41,312 nt of DNA from Mesotaenium endlicherianum (Eukaryota), in assembly GCA_009602735.1 (NCBI GenBank), contig WELA01000984.1:218357-259668 (forward strand). Direction: 5' to 3'. Numbering within the stretch: position 1 is the first letter of the stretch; each line of letters opens with the position of its first letter. The translations under genes and the position numbers were made by a program. Below are positions 1 through 13,400 of this stretch, in pieces. Below the pieces are notes generated by a model. It saw only the letters and a list, made by a program, of their open reading frames with translations. It ran no database searches and was not told the DNA's origin.

Positions 1-415
1 GGGGGGGGGAGGAGGGGACGTTGAACAAAGGAGATGAAAAATGGGATGCACGTGTGGGAAGGCACACAGAGGGTGCATGCGCACGAGCACACGTGCAAAC
101 AATCCAGCGATGATTCCAGAAGCGCCCTCTGGCAAGGAATGAGCTGCAGGAGTGACAGGTCTCTACGGCTGAGAGGTGCTGGGTCGGGTCGGGATTGAGT
201 GAGGTCAGAGCTCCGGGGGACGATGACCGCGAAAGTCACATGAGCGGCTCGCTCGGCCCCGCCCTGCTCTCCTCTCCTCTGCCCTCCTCTGCCCTGCCCT
301 GCTCTGCTCTGCTCCTCGTAAGACGAGGAGTCTGAGATTCGGAGGTGGAACTTTCGGCTTCTAACAAGGGTCAGGGAGGGCCAAGAAGGGCCAGAAAGAG
401 AGAGCAGGGGCTGAC

Positions 416-3400
416 CTGAGAAAGAGAAGGGGGGCGAGGAGGACAAGGAGGGCCACGTCGCGCGGGGGGACCCGGGGGCAGGGGGGGACTGCGCAGAGCG
501 GCAGAAGGCGTCGAAGATGGACAGCAGGCAGCACACGTCGGCTGCCGCGTACGCCAGCTGGCCTGCCGTGAGTGGCCGATCTTCCCAGTTGCTGCACTGG
601 AGCTCCTGAGAGAGCGCAAGAGGGAAAGGGCGCGTCTTGCACGCGTTGCGAGAGGGTTTAGGGGGGTTTGGGTCCAAGGAGTTCTATTGCCTGCAGAATG
701 CGATGTTTGACAGATGGTGGTGCGGGGGAGGCGGCTGCGGGTGCCGCCTGAGCGGAGGCAACGATGCAGATGGGGACGGGGCTTGAGAGAAGATATAGGG
801 GGAGAGCTCTCCACACGGGGAAGAGAAAAGGGCGTGGAACCAAAGAAAATAAGAAATAGAAATCTTTGTCCTTTGGAAAGAGACGGTTGGCAAGAAAGGA
901 GACCAAAGGAGGAGGAAGTTAAGGAAGGATAGGAACAGCTCAATGCATCATGAGGGAGCAGAGCCTTGAGGAAGAGAGGAGAGCCAGAAAGGAGGATGAG
1001 GGGGAGAAGATGGAGGAGGGAGGGAGGGAAGGAGGGAGGGAGGGAGGGAAGGGGGGGGGTCAGAGGAGCAGAAGTCCATGCACACGACGACAACGGCCAC
1101 GACGATGACGACGAAGACGACGGCAACGACAAAGACGACGATGACATGACAGTCACGAGAACAGAAAAAGGTGGGGATACGACATAGCAGAGATATTTGA
1201 CAGATGTTTCACCAAGCCCACTGTCTCCACACATCATGGGGGGGGGGGAAGGGGGGGGCGCTTTGCTCCCATCACGGGGGCTGATGAGACCTCCCTGCCT
1301 CTCGAGCAGCTTCTACTTCCACACTCTGACAGAGGTATGCCAGCTGGCACAGTCAGCTCGAGAGGGCTCGAGGCCGCCGTATGAAGCACTCTGAGAGGGA
1401 TGGGGCGTGGGAGGGTCAGGGGGAGGGGGCAGCAGGCACGCAAAATTCGAAGCAGACGAGGGCAATGTACAAGGCCGGGGCTGAGGCCCACGTGCCAGCA
1501 CCACAAGCGCTAGATCGCCGCCAGCTGGCATCAGGGTGGGGGTCTATCTCTGGCGTACCTTGTCAAGGGGCGAGCCCAGAACAGCCTCAGCGACTGCAGA
1601 AAGGCCACCTGTCATGACGAAGGCCCGCGCCCGGTCGCGTCGGGCGGCGCCGCCCGGCTGGTGCTGGGCGTCCGGCGTCAGGTTGAGGTGCAGGCGACGG
1701 TACAGGCGCCCGACATCCACGTAGGGCTCCACCTGGCACCACATGCACGCATGCGTCCGGGGGGCAGGCAGGCACTACATTAAAGGGGTACCCACTTTGA
1801 GGGTTTAGAGCTTCGGCTCTGCAAATATTCCTGCGCTCTCATAGGACGGCTTGCGGGCGCACAAAGGCTGTCGCTGAGGGAGATCGCGAGGGCTCTCATT
1901 GAGACGCTCAACGTCCTACGATTGATGCTCTGGCTCTTGGTTGCCAGTGTTGCACCTCCTTGTTCAACGTTCAGACGAGTCACAGTCCCGAATCCCCCAC
2001 CTCAAACCCCAGTGTTCATTCTGAAACCCTAAAACTGCGGCAAGGCTTTCGGCTGGGGGCGGGGCCGGGGGCGACCCCACAGGGGCCTCTCCCAGGCGAG
2101 ACGTTAGGGTTTAAACAAGACTCAGAGTGTTAAGAGCCGTCTAGAGTGGCGTGGAAGCGTGTAGCTCAGCCAGGTGTAGAGTTTGCTATACTAGGGCTGC
2201 TGTGTCACTGGGGGCGATGCCTTGCACCCGCCAAGACTCCACCTGGCAGCCTGGCAGCCCAACAGCAAGTTCCCCACGTCACGGAGAGCTCCCCTCCGCA
2301 ACAACTTCACATTTTTTCTGGAGGTTGGGCTGGAGACTAGGGTTTAGAGTACAGGTTCCAACTTCAGGTTTGTGCTTCAGGGCTCCCAAAATGGCTTGAG
2401 GACTGGGTGTTCCGGCTATTCATTGCATCAGTTAGTGTGCGTGTTGCACTGGGCTTGGGTCAAGAGCAGGGGCCGGGATAGCCCCCAGGGTGCAGCTAGG
2501 TGTCAGCTCCATATATGTTCCGCTCCAGAGACGAGAGGCTGTAGAATTAGCGTGTGGTTCAGTCCCTCGCAAGGAGGAGGGAGACGAGAGCAGGGTGCAG
2601 GGCAGCAGCCATGTGCCCCCCAACAGGAGCGGGATCAATTTCAGACGTTTCGCAGGATGAGTCAAGTTGTACGCCAGTGTCCGCACTATCAGATGCCGCA
2701 TTTTTTGCAAAAACAAAATTGAGCAACGAGCAGCAGAAGGTGACTTTCCGCTCGCTAGCTCGCAAACCTTAACCTTAAACACAAAACTCCAGCCTGGCCT
2801 GGCCAGCCAGCTCCACGCACTCAGACTGCAAGACCTAGAGCAGGGATCCAGGTTTTAGGCTTTTGTACCCCTGCTCAGTGTTAGGGCTAGGCTAGGGCTT
2901 GAAGTCAACCCGCCCCTCACATCACGCCTGCAAAACCTGCCAGAATTACAACCCTAAGCCTCCACCCCCTCCCCCCCCCAAAAAAAAATCCAATCCTAGT
3001 GTGTCTTGGACCAGTTCCAGCACGCTGCTGTCGCAGCAATGACCCTAATTTTGCCCAGCTTCATCCTTCCAGGTGACGTCGCCCAGCATTGCCCTCTGGG
3101 GCAAGAGGGCATTGCGGCGGAAAAAGAGCGCCCCCCCCCCTGCGTGCGCACGCACACAGAAATGCATATAGGGAGAGGAAAAGGGAGAGATGCCCACTTC
3201 TCCCTTGCTCGCTTTCTCAATCCCTCCCTCCCAGAGCACGCCCGCTCAACAGCCCAAGAGCCCAAAGCAACGGGCTCAGCTGACGACTACTACACCCCCG
3301 CCACCTGCCACGCTGCGAGAGGCCGGCTACTTGTGCATCTACACAAGGGAAGGAGCTCCGGGAAAAACCCCGTTGCTTGCCAGGTGCCTCTACCTGTGAA

Positions 3401-4431
3401 TGCGATCTGGAGGGCTCCCCTTGAAGTTTTGGAGCTCTCCAAGATCCGTTGAAACACAGGGACCCCAGAGGGATAGAGCAGAAGAAGTGCCCACAACGAA
3501 CGGGGTTTGGAATATCTACAAGAGAAGGCGCATTGCTCTCGTCAAGAAGCTGCAGCGCAGTGAGGACGGAGCAAGAATTGCACGAGCGAAATTTGCACGA
3601 GCGAAAGATTCGCGCAGACAAGAATCGCATCGGCATCAGCTCTCAACTCCTTACCACGTCAAAGCAGCCCTTGGCGTCGCCGCCGGGGTGGGAGGCCGCC
3701 AGGTGGCGCATGTCGTCGCGCAGGCCGTACCCCAGCTTGAGGACAGCTGGCGAGCGCAGGAGCTCCTTCAAGGGCCCCGCAAAGACGCCAGGTGTCAGCG
3801 CCAGCATGTCCAGCACAAACACCACGTTGACCTCAGAGCCTTGCTGCCCTCCTCCTCCATCTCCGGTCACTCCAGCGTCGCCACCTGTCCCCGTGCTACT
3901 GGCTCCGGCCCCGGCTCCTGCTTCCGATTGGTCATCGCCATCACCCGCCTTCTCCCTCTCTAACGTCCCCCTGTACGAAAGCTGAGCAAGTGCTAACGCT
4001 CCCCCATTCCCGCCCTCCCTTCCAGTGCCCCCCAGGTCAATTTCCTGGGTCCCCTTCACACTGCACAACAGTGCACTGCTCTCGCCATTTTTCTGTGAGC
4101 ACAAGCCTGCACTGAAATTATTTACACCATCAACGGGGCTGGCAGAGGCAGCCACCTCACGGCTGCTCGGACCTAGCCTGCAAGCGACCTGCAGGATTGA
4201 GACGCGTGGAGAGGGAGAGGATGCATGCCCTCCCCCCCCTCCTCCCCCGCCTCCTCCCTTTCTGCGTGATGAGGAGGAAATGACAGGTTTCCATTCGGCG
4301 TCCAGGCCCACCACAACTGCTCGTCTGAAGGCTTCCTCTACCTGCTTGAAATTGTCGGCTGTGTCGACAAAGTGGAGGCTGCCCGGCGAAAGCGCCAGGG
4401 CCCAGAATTGGGCAGCCGGCGTGCATGCCAT
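416..4431 (-). CDS. DEDDy 3'-5' exonuclease, EXD3/Mut-7-like (WRN-exo family); 5' portion, 3 exons visible
   Basis: Exons 4431-3655 (ATG; Exo I VVGLDAEWKP, SILQVACR, VFVLDM, Exo II KLGYGLRDDM; donor GTAAGG), 1732-1559 (VEPYVDV...GLSAVAEAVLGSPLDK; CAG/GT) and 605 to about 416 (ELQCSNWEDRPLTAGQLAYAAADVCCLLSIF, Exo III YxxxD). Both junctions are phase 0 and stay in frame. The end of exon 3 is uncertain because the frame stays open further left, and the gene probably continues beyond the window. Confidence 0.88.
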
Positions 4432-5315
4432 TATGGTCCGCTATGTACACAACTGGCTTATGTGTATGATCTACTAAAGTACGATAATTTAAACCAAAAT
4501 TAGCTTCAGGGTCGTTAGCTAGCACGTGCACAGACATGCATGGGCGTGATAATGCTTTGAACCAGTCGTGTGCTGCAGTCTTCGTGCCTTTGATTTCTTA
4601 TGATAAACTGGGCTGTGCATGGTATGCATCATGATGCGCTGCTGCATGTACTGAAGACTCAGTACAACTTGCTCGGATAATTTTTAGCGTGCACCCTCCA
4701 ATGATTGTCATCTACAGGTAGAAGTTAACCGGCTGCATGACCTCAGCGAAAGTTAGTAAGATGGTCTGCGTGTCTTAAAACTGATTCTAATTTGCATCCG
4801 TTACGTTGATTCTCTACGAACGCTTTTTGCACTCACATAGCGAAGAGTAATGCATGCGATTCGAGAAACGGCAAGATCAATCGTCAACTTTTCGTATCTA
4901 TTTTGAGAGCCTATATAGGAATTTTGAATGTCAACGTCCTAAGGACATTTCTATCCTAGAAGTCCCCAAGAACTGATTGAAAATATGGCGTCACATGTGC
5001 TGCCGGACGTATGATTGTGTTTCAAATTGGATCTCATTGCAACATGCAGTCAATACAACCAAGATTGGAACATGACTGAGTGCTGCCCCAGCAGGACCTG
5101 ATGACTAATCTGCGACTGACTTTTTTCTGTTAATTTATGGCATCGTGGCGAGCAAACCGCTGCGTTCTTCTCACACGCTTGTTGCTACCACCTTAAGCCG
5201 CCAACCATTCGATTTGCTAGTCTATTTTTCATTATAGCCATGTGTAAGCCAAACCGCTGCCGGATTATGATGTAAAAAGCGGAAGGGAAGAGTTTCATGC
5301 TTGAGAGTCTGCCGC
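4432..5315. promoter_or_regulatory. Head-to-head intergenic region (candidate bidirectional promoter) between the exonuclease and DTW genes
   Basis: The divergent ATGs are about 885 bp apart; the interval is AT-richer and free of microsatellites compared with the flanking introns. No specific promoter elements identified. Confidence 0.5.
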
Positions 5316-8300
5316 ATGGAGCAACCTGTAGCTGAAGACTCGAAGGGGGCCATTGATTCATACATAGGGACGAATGAGGACCTCTTCGATTGTAGAAGCA
5401 ATGGCTGCGACGACGCTGTTCACGAAGAACAGGAACAGGCACGGGAACAGGCACGGGAACAGGCCCAGGAGCAGTCACAGGAACAGGAGCGCGAACATGT
5501 ACGGGAACAGGGAGGGGAGCAGGCACAGGAAAGACATGCCAGAGTGCACCCAGCCCTTGATGGCGAGAGATTAGCGGCTAAGGATGAAGAGGACGTGCAG
5601 AATCCTCTGGAGGTTTTGGGGGGGGAAGCTTCAGAGGGGCTCTTCTCAGAGAAAATGGAAGCAAAGCCTCAGAGGGAGAAGAAGCTGCGCCCCAGAGCGC
5701 CAGATGGCAACCTCCTGCTCGCGTGGCGGGCCCCCACGTGGTCCTTCCCCAGCCTGCCAGACGACCTCCAGCTGTCGCCCACAGACTCACTGGAGGCCTG
5801 CCGCGGCCGCAACGTCTGCCACGTGTGCGGCAGGTCGCGACAGCTGTTCTGCTATGACTGCCTCGAGGTGCACAATCATCACACTCTATTATCTATAGGC
5901 TCTCGATGACTATCACCTCCCCCCAAGTATGGGGCCCTGTGCCCAGCACGTGGCCAGCGGGTTATGTCCTCCTCCCCTCCCCTCCCATGCCCTGCCCTCC
6001 CCTGCCCTGCCCTGCCCTGCCCTGCCCTCCTCTCTCCCGCCGTTCCCTTCCCTCCCCTCCCCGTAACTTTTCTCCTGCCGCCTCTTCTTTGTATTCTCCT
6101 TTCCATCATCATCAATATTCCCGTGCTTTAAAACAGGAACCAGGTCGTTCGTGTGCCTGTGAGTGTCTGTCGCCACTCTGGCTGGCCTTAGGCTGGCGCC
6201 AGCTGACCATCAGCACCAAACTAACTTGCCGTTGGAACAGCATCCCCCCCACAGTTGGGACTTTACATCTGGGATTTCCATGTATGTTTTTAACTTCATC
6301 AAGGTAGGGATGGGGAGGGGGGGAGGGGGCAAGGAGGAGGGAGGGAGGGGAGCCTTTGCTGTCGGGGCAGTGATTGAAACCATCCTGCGTCGTCGCGCCC
6401 ATGCTAAAGATCCAGCGGAGACTGACAAGCTCGCAAACCGACAGGCTGGCAGCTGGCAGCTGGCAGCCGACCTGGTGCGGCCCAGGCGAAGGGGTCAGGG
6501 TTTAAAGAAGTCCCGCCAGGGGCAGGGCTCCGGGTGCTACTGCTGCTGCTGCTGCTGCTGCTGCGCTGTTTGTGTGCGGCGCAAGGCCTGCCCTGCGTGC
6601 ATGCTGAGGGCCAAATGGGGAGCGCACAGAGAAGCCCACTCTGCATGGTGCAGCTGCATGTGGGGAGGGCCACCCTGCCCCTCCTGCTGCCCTCTTCGCT
6701 GCTGCAGTCTCGACGCCCGCAGCCATAGTTACAGCCGCAGCCATGCCCGTGGCCATGGCCGTAGGCAGTACCCACAGCCTTGGCCATGGCCATGGCTGAA
6801 ACGCTCTCCTCTACCCTGGGATCTCTTCTCTTCCTGCTGCCCCCTCTCCACCCCCAGCCCCCCGACTCTCCACACGGTTGCAGACGGGCGCACGAACTGA
6901 GCTGGCATTTGCTCTCTCCTGCCGCCCACCTGAATGGTGCACAAGCGGCCCCAGAGTGAGCATCTAGAGCGTAGGGTTCATCCTCTTGGGCCTAGTGTCT
7001 AGGGCCTAGGGTCTGGGTTCTAGGCTCTAGGCTTTAGATTTTAGGCTCTAGGCTCCAGGGCTTAGACTCTAGGGTGTTAAAGTTCAAGCCAAGTGTCTAG
7101 GGCCTAGGGTAGGGTACATGCTCTAGGGCTTAGGACCTAGGGCTTAGGGTCTTGTTCTAGGGTTTACTCTCTAGGGCCCTTAGTCTAGGGCCTATGGTCT
7201 GGGTTCTAGGGCCTAGTGTCTTGGGGGCACAGGGTCTAGGGTTGCCTTGGCTTCCTTCGGGTCGGCGTCGTCAGAGCAGATTCTGGGAGGGGAGCTTCCA
7301 CGCCATGGCGCAGATCTGCTTGTTGGTTTGACGGAGGGCTGTTGTGCATGCCTAGCTGGCACAGAGCCAGCTGGCAAGAGCAAGGTCATCCCGCCCTTCC
7401 CTCTGCCCGACGGGGCCTGCAAGGGAAGGCAGACTGCGCCTGAGGAGGGTCTCTCTCGGGCTCAACAATAAAAAAGAGATTGCTCGATTACCCCCCGGGG
7501 AGTGTGTGCTTTCATCTCAGCTATCGCCCCTGTTGCCGGCGTTCCTGTGGCTGCTCTTTGCCCGCCGCCAGCTGTCAACTGGTGACAGGGCCCGAGTGGT
7601 CTTGCAAAACCCCCCACAAGGGGAGGGAGAGGGAGAGGCCGACAGGGGGGGAGGGAGGGAGCGAGTGAGCGAGCAAGAGAGCGAGAGAGATAGAGAGAGA
7701 GTACGCTCAGATCAGGATTAGTCCTCGGCCTCCTGCTTTCAACAGCGGTTCCTTCCGTCGACTTCAAACTCGCCCTTCAGCCTTTCCCCCCCCCCCGCCC
7801 CCAGGGCCACCCCTGCCAATTTGTAACTGTGTTGTGGGGTGCCCCCACTAAGGGGCCCTTCTCTGAAGGCCCTGCAAACGCTGTCAGGAAGGCACTCGCA
7901 GCCCCGCCTCTGTCCCTGGTCCCTCTTTTGGGCGCCCCTCAATTCTGAATCTAAAACCCTGAATGCTCAGGAGGGCAGCTTGAGAGCTCAGTTCTCTGCC
8001 TGTGGCACGCGCATGTGCCCTATTTCCCGCCAGCCTGCCACCCCCTCTTGCCTGTACCGGCCTCCCAACTCACCGAAGGATATTCAGTCACTGATATCCC
8101 CTTGCACATGCACTCAATTAGATAGATAGCCAGAGGGAGGGAGGGAGGGAGGTGCCCTAGCACACATGCACATGGACACGCACGCACACATAAGAGCCCA
8201 GCACGGCCTCATCTCTGGGCGTGGTGGCATGCTTGTTTGCTGCGCAGGTGCTGACGGAGCGGGCGAGCGTGCCGCATCTGCAGCTGCCCGCGTCGCTCCA

Positions 8301-9854
8301 CATCATCCTCCATCGTGACGAGCGCCGCAGCGCCTGCACCGGTATGACGGACGGGCGCGCGTGTGTGCACTTCGGCCAAAAGCATGCATCTGCTTATGCG
8401 TCGTCTAGATATGCGTGTGTGTGTGCCGGTGTGCTTACACGCGAGTGTTGGGGGCCTGGCCTGTGTACGTACGCAGATGCATGCACCTGCGGCTCTGTGG
8501 CCCTGCGGCATGCATGCAGCCGTTGGGCGTGAGCTGCGGCAGGCTCCAGAGTCGTGACAGCGGTCGGCCAGACAGAGCGTGTGCATGCGCACGTGCATAT
8601 GCATGTGCTTGTGCCATGGATAAAGGCCAGGTCTTAGCCTCTGTCGCTCTGCGTCTGTTGCCAACCTGCCCCCCCTCCCCCCCCCCTCTGCAAAGCAGTT
8701 GAAGCCACCAATCTCCTTCCGCCCCNNNNNNCCCCCCACTTCCACTTCCCCTCCCTTTACCAGCAGGCCCCTCGTGAGGAAGAGTATTGTCACCAGAGAT
8801 TCAACCCTTAGCAGGTTCGTCAGAGGCCGCGCTCCTGCGATGCCCTCTTGTGCGTCTCACTTACTTGCAACAGTCTCGTGGAGTGCGTGCCTGCGCGCAG
8901 GCGTGCACGCGGCCCTCCTCGCGCCGGCAAGTGTCGCGCTCTACAAGCAGGGTGCGCCTCTGCCCACCTTCGACCCCGCGTCGACGGTGCTCCTGTTCCC
9001 ATCGCCGCAGTCCGTGCCCATCGACGAGGTGGACACGGAAGCCGTCAAGAGCGTCGTCGTCGTCGAGTCCAAGGTGAGCGCCGCTGGGATCTGAAGAGAG
9101 TTGCGTTTTGCCGATTCTCCTCCGCACCAGCATACCCTCAGGGGGTTCAGGGCCGCCAGGCGGCCACCCCCCCTGGACTGTGTGCGCATGTGTGTTTGTG
9201 TGTGTGTGTGTATGTGTGCATTTGCATCTGTGTGAAGGTGCGGGCTGTAATTCTAAGAGTGAACATGACGCACGTGGCAGAACGCGTCGCAAGCTTTGGG
9301 GAAAGCTTTCTCTTGTGTGGCCCAAAATTTAGACCTGAAGGCTTGGAGTGTCTCGCAGAGATACTGAGAGGGGGTTGAGGAATGGGGCTAGGGAAAAGGT
9401 TGAGGTAGAGGGAATTGAGGGCCGAACAACCAGTGGAAAACTACAGCTCCCCCCAGTCAGGGCCTTCTGCTCCTTCCCGTCATTCTTCGAGGATTCGTCG
9501 AAGGATCTCTTTGACTCACTCTGCTGCTCTCTGGCTGGCCTCTGTCACGGTCTGCTGACTTTGCTGACGTGGCTGGGCGGCGAGCGGCAGTGGAAGGGCT
9601 CCCAGGCGATCCTTAACGACCCCGCGCTGTCGCGCCTTCCCCACGTCCGCCTGCGATCGACACAGACAGCGTTCTGGCGGTACACGACGCGCGGGATCAC
9701 AAGCGACGCGGTGTCCACCATCGAGGCGATCCACGCCACGTGCCGCCATTTGCACGCCCACGGCCACGGCGGGGATCCGTCGTCGTGCCACTGCTACGAC
9801 GACCTGCTGTGGTACTTCGCGTACTTCCACAGGCTGATCGAGCGGCAAGGTTGA
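5316..9854 (+). CDS. DTW-domain protein, DTWD1-like (tRNA aminocarboxypropyltransferase family), 4 exons
   Basis: Exons 5316-5867 (ATG after in-frame TGA at 5268; RNVCHVCGRSRQLFCYDC zinc motif), 8248-8341 (LQLPASLHIILHRDERRSACTG), 8901-9073 (VHAALLAP...TVLLFPSPQS...SVVVVESK), 9591-9854 (WKGSQAIL...TAFWRY...VSTIEAI...YDDLLWYF, TGA). GT-AG junctions with phases 0/1/0 join into one ORF of about 360 aa, and motif order matches DTWD1-type proteins. Confidence 0.88.
5427..5532 (+). repeat. Coding 12-bp tandem repeat (GAACAGGCACGG-like; EQAR/EQAQ) in the DTW gene N-terminal extension
   Basis: EQEQAREQAREQAQEQSQEQEREHVREQGGEQAQE in the translation of exon 1. Confidence 0.75.
6964..7243 (+). repeat. 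Degenerate telomere-like (YTAGGG/TCTAGGG) tandem tract in DTW intron 1
   Basis: Dozens of about 7-nt units such as TCTAGGG, CCTAGGG, CTTAGGG and TTTAGGC resembling plant TTTAGGG. Confidence 0.7.
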
Positions 9855-9953
9855 GGTTGAAGTTGCACGGTTGAGGTTGACGTCGAGGTTGCAAGGTTGA
9901 GGCTGAGGTTGACACTCAGGTTGAGTAATGTTGACATTGAGGTTCTGAGGTTC
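9849..9953 (+). repeat. GGTTGA short tandem repeat at the DTW stop codon and 3' UTR
   Basis: Repeated GGTTGA/GAGGTT units beginning within the last codons. Confidence 0.65.
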
Positions 9954-10492
9954 CGGGTGAGAGATTCATGTGGAGTTCAGTGGGGTCCCTGAGGCGTATC
10001 GAACCTAGTTGGTGATGCAGCTTACAGCAGGTATGTCAGACGAGAAGGGGAGTGGTAGAAGAGCCGAGACAGGCTCGTGCCTCGCTTGGGTGTTCGGGGT
10101 ATGCTCATCCTCATTCGTGAATGAGTCCTTGCCATGTGCGCAAAGAGCTGGTCCTGACGATGTGCCATCAGTCCTGGCGATTGCAAGGGGTCAGAGTGAA
10201 TATTAGGTGTAGAAATTAACAGCTCTTTTTGTTAGAAATGATTCACGTGGGCCTCACGTGCCAAGAAGGCTGCTTGTTAGTGAGCGGCCTCCTTAGGGCC
10301 CCGCGTATAGTCAAGTAGAGAGAAGGCAATTGTGTAGCCTGGGATTACGTTTCTACAAAGGTAACAGAGAGGTGCTTCTTTCGATATGTACATTGCTTAC
10401 AATGACGGGACACACTGCAGCCGAGCGCTTCAGCTCACGCCTCACTACCCGCATACGCCACGCCTCCGGCCCGGCTCGTGTGCGCACCCGAC

Positions 10493-13400
10493 TCATACAA
10501 CTCCTTTGAATACCGGGTTTGTCCGGCAGATGCTGGGGCCGTACTCTTCATACTCGGCCTTTGTGTGGCATGCCTGCAAAAAGAAAATAACAATTTATAT
10601 CGTCATCTCAACCACTTGAAATTAGGGCATCACTCAACATGGATGCACTCGATGCAACCGCACCCAACACGCGCCGGCGCTCATGCCTGCATGAAGAAGA
10701 GGCAAGCTCCTCCCAGAGGCCTAAAACTCGACAGCCCGGCTGCCATCCACGTGCGCCTGGAGGAAGGCCCAGGAAAGAAGAGAAGGGTGGGGCCACAGGC
10801 TCCACCTGTCTGAAGGGCAAGCTTTTCAACAAACATGCGATGTTGGCTGTCTGCGGCACGGCAGAATGAAAGGGAGGAGGGACACAATTACGCCCCGACG
10901 TCGCACCATGGATTCAAGCTATGTTCCAAACCTCGTGTAAGATTCACTGCTTTGACACTGACATCGGAAGAACGGGAGGGATGACGGCATCTTGTTGAGT
11001 TTCCTGCCCTCGGAGGGCAAGGGTGGAGTGAACTCTTCTCAGGCTAAGGGGCAAGCAGGCGGGAGCGCAGACAGCAGGCGGGAGGGAGGGAAGGAAGGAG
11101 GAGGGAACACACTGTGCGCGCCTGGAAATGACCTGGGACAACCATTAAAATTTGGAGGAGCAAAGAGAGAGGAGGAGACTAGGCAGGGCGGGGTAAGAGG
11201 AAGGAGGGCGAGCGCGAGTTCGAGTGCTGCCGTTACGAACGCAACGTACGGTGTAGAAGGAGGGCGTGGAAGCGAGGACAGATCCGCCGAACCACACGGC
11301 AAAGCGCTGCATGTGGTGGCTCACCACCGACACGTCCACCCCCCTCGTCTGCGCCCGCCCCCACCCACCACACGCGAGGACACGCCGTAAGAGACGGGCA
11401 GAGAGACAGGAGCAAGATTGGGGGGGGGGGAGGGGGGGGGGAGGTGAGAAGCATGAGGGCCAGGGACTACTCTGGGTAAGCAGTCAGCGCACTCTCGCGT
11501 AACAATTCGTATACTATGTGATGGCATTCGTCATACGACTTTGCCATGGGAGTGTTCTCACACGTAAACAGACGAGTGAAAGCGCCTGAGCGTGTGTATG
11601 CCGGTGCCCTCTGCCGGCAGAGAATTACGGCAATGCATCACACAATGGCACAACCTTGTTAGGACTCCAAAAAGATGGTAGAGACGCAGGATGTGACAAG
11701 ACATGACAAGCACGGTCAGCCGGAGCATTGACTAGTCAGCCTGCGCGTGCGTGCTCGCTCAACAAGAGGCGAGCAAGTGAACAAAGTGCACTTCTCCCCC
11801 GGGCTTTCAACCCACGGGGAGAGGCACATGCACGCACGTGTGTGCATGTGAGAAACACTCTCTGAGCCCACAATCGGTCAAATCAAAAAGCGAGCGAAAG
11901 AAGACTGGCGCCTCCGGGCCTGTGCGCGCAGAGTGCAACGCTTATGAGGGACGCTCTCTGAGCCAGCAACTGATTGACAGTGCGGGCGAGGGAAAGAGAG
12001 CAATTTGCGCAGCTGGAGCTGGCGTGTTCATCTGGTGGAGTGCAGAGACCACCGTCTTGTCTGCCGGGTTTTGGACTGTTCCGAGCACGCATGCGCACGC
12101 TTTTCACTGAAAAGCCGCGCGCACACATGCATACTCGCCTGCGCATTCACGCAAAAGCACGCGCGCACACGCACATACACACGTATGCGCACATACACAG
12201 AGGGCGCGCGGACATGCACCCCTGCACGCGCACACATGCAAGCGCATGCGCGTCAAACGAGCACGTGAGCAGGCCCCATGCGTGAGGGCAAGCCATCGAG
12301 CAAGGGATATGAGCACTAGAGCGAGAGAAAAGAGCGAGGCAAACAGAACAACCAACCAAGCGGGGGAGAGTGCTTAAGCCAAGGCAATGGGAAAGCGAGC
12401 ATACAGAGGAGAGCATGCGAGGGAGGGAGGGACGGAGGGAGGGAGGGAGGGAACAAGGAGAGAGCAACCGAGCGTCTGAGAGAGCGCTCACATACCTGTG
12501 CTTGCGCGGATGGGGAGAGGGCGGAGGCGAGGGCGGCGGAGGCGGCCACTCGGCTGTCCACTATCTTCTTGAGGTCGCGCTGCAGCCGCCGCCCGAAGTC
12601 CTTGAACATGGTGGAGCCGCCCGAGAGCACGATGTTCTGCTCACCCGCACGCGGTCCTTACTGTGTTATGTCCCTGCGCGTGCGCGCGCGTGCGTGCGTG
12701 TGTTTGTGTGCGTGCGTGCGTGTGTGTGTGTGTGTGTGCGCGTGCGCGTGCATGCGCGCATGCCCAGAGGAGACCAGCATGCCAGAGCACTCATTCGTTT
12801 GCTCATTGCAGAGCTCGATCTTGGAACCTGGACTGCTTGGCCAGGCACACGGGCTTCCTACGAGTGCACGTGCAAAAGCACACTGCAAGTCATCGCGCGG
12901 TGCAGTAATTTGTGATGCACATACACCCACGAGCTGCACCCTTTGCACATCCAGAGAGTTATCATTCTCAAGAGCCACGTCTTTGTCGTGAGAGCAAGAA
13001 CGGAAAGAGGAGGTAGGAAGTGAAGGCATGCAAAACAACGCCTCTGCCCCTGTTACTACTCAGCGGCCACTCTTGCAAGCGCCCCCCGCTGCCAAGTGTC
13101 ACCCACAGAGACACAGGCGCACAGGCTAGGGCTCCCGGGGATGGAAAGGAAGGGGAGGGGGGGNNNNNNNNNNNNNNNNNNNNNNNNNNNNNNNNNGGGG
13201 GGGGGGATTGGGGAGGAGAAAAGAGGGCGACCTTGTAGAGCGCGCGGCGGGTGTCGATGGGCGAGGTCTGGATGCAGCGGTCCACTACCTCCGGCAGCGA
13301 CAGCGTGAAGTCGCTGCTGTAGATTTCAGGCGAGAACAGCACCTGCGCGCGCGCACGCCGCCGTGGGGTCGGGCTCGCGCTCGCGCTCGCGCTGTCAGGG

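Noticed and set aside
371..1237. 288-aa minus-strand ORF
   Set aside because: It is low-complexity intronic sequence; the real exonuclease exon 3 is in a different frame starting at 605.
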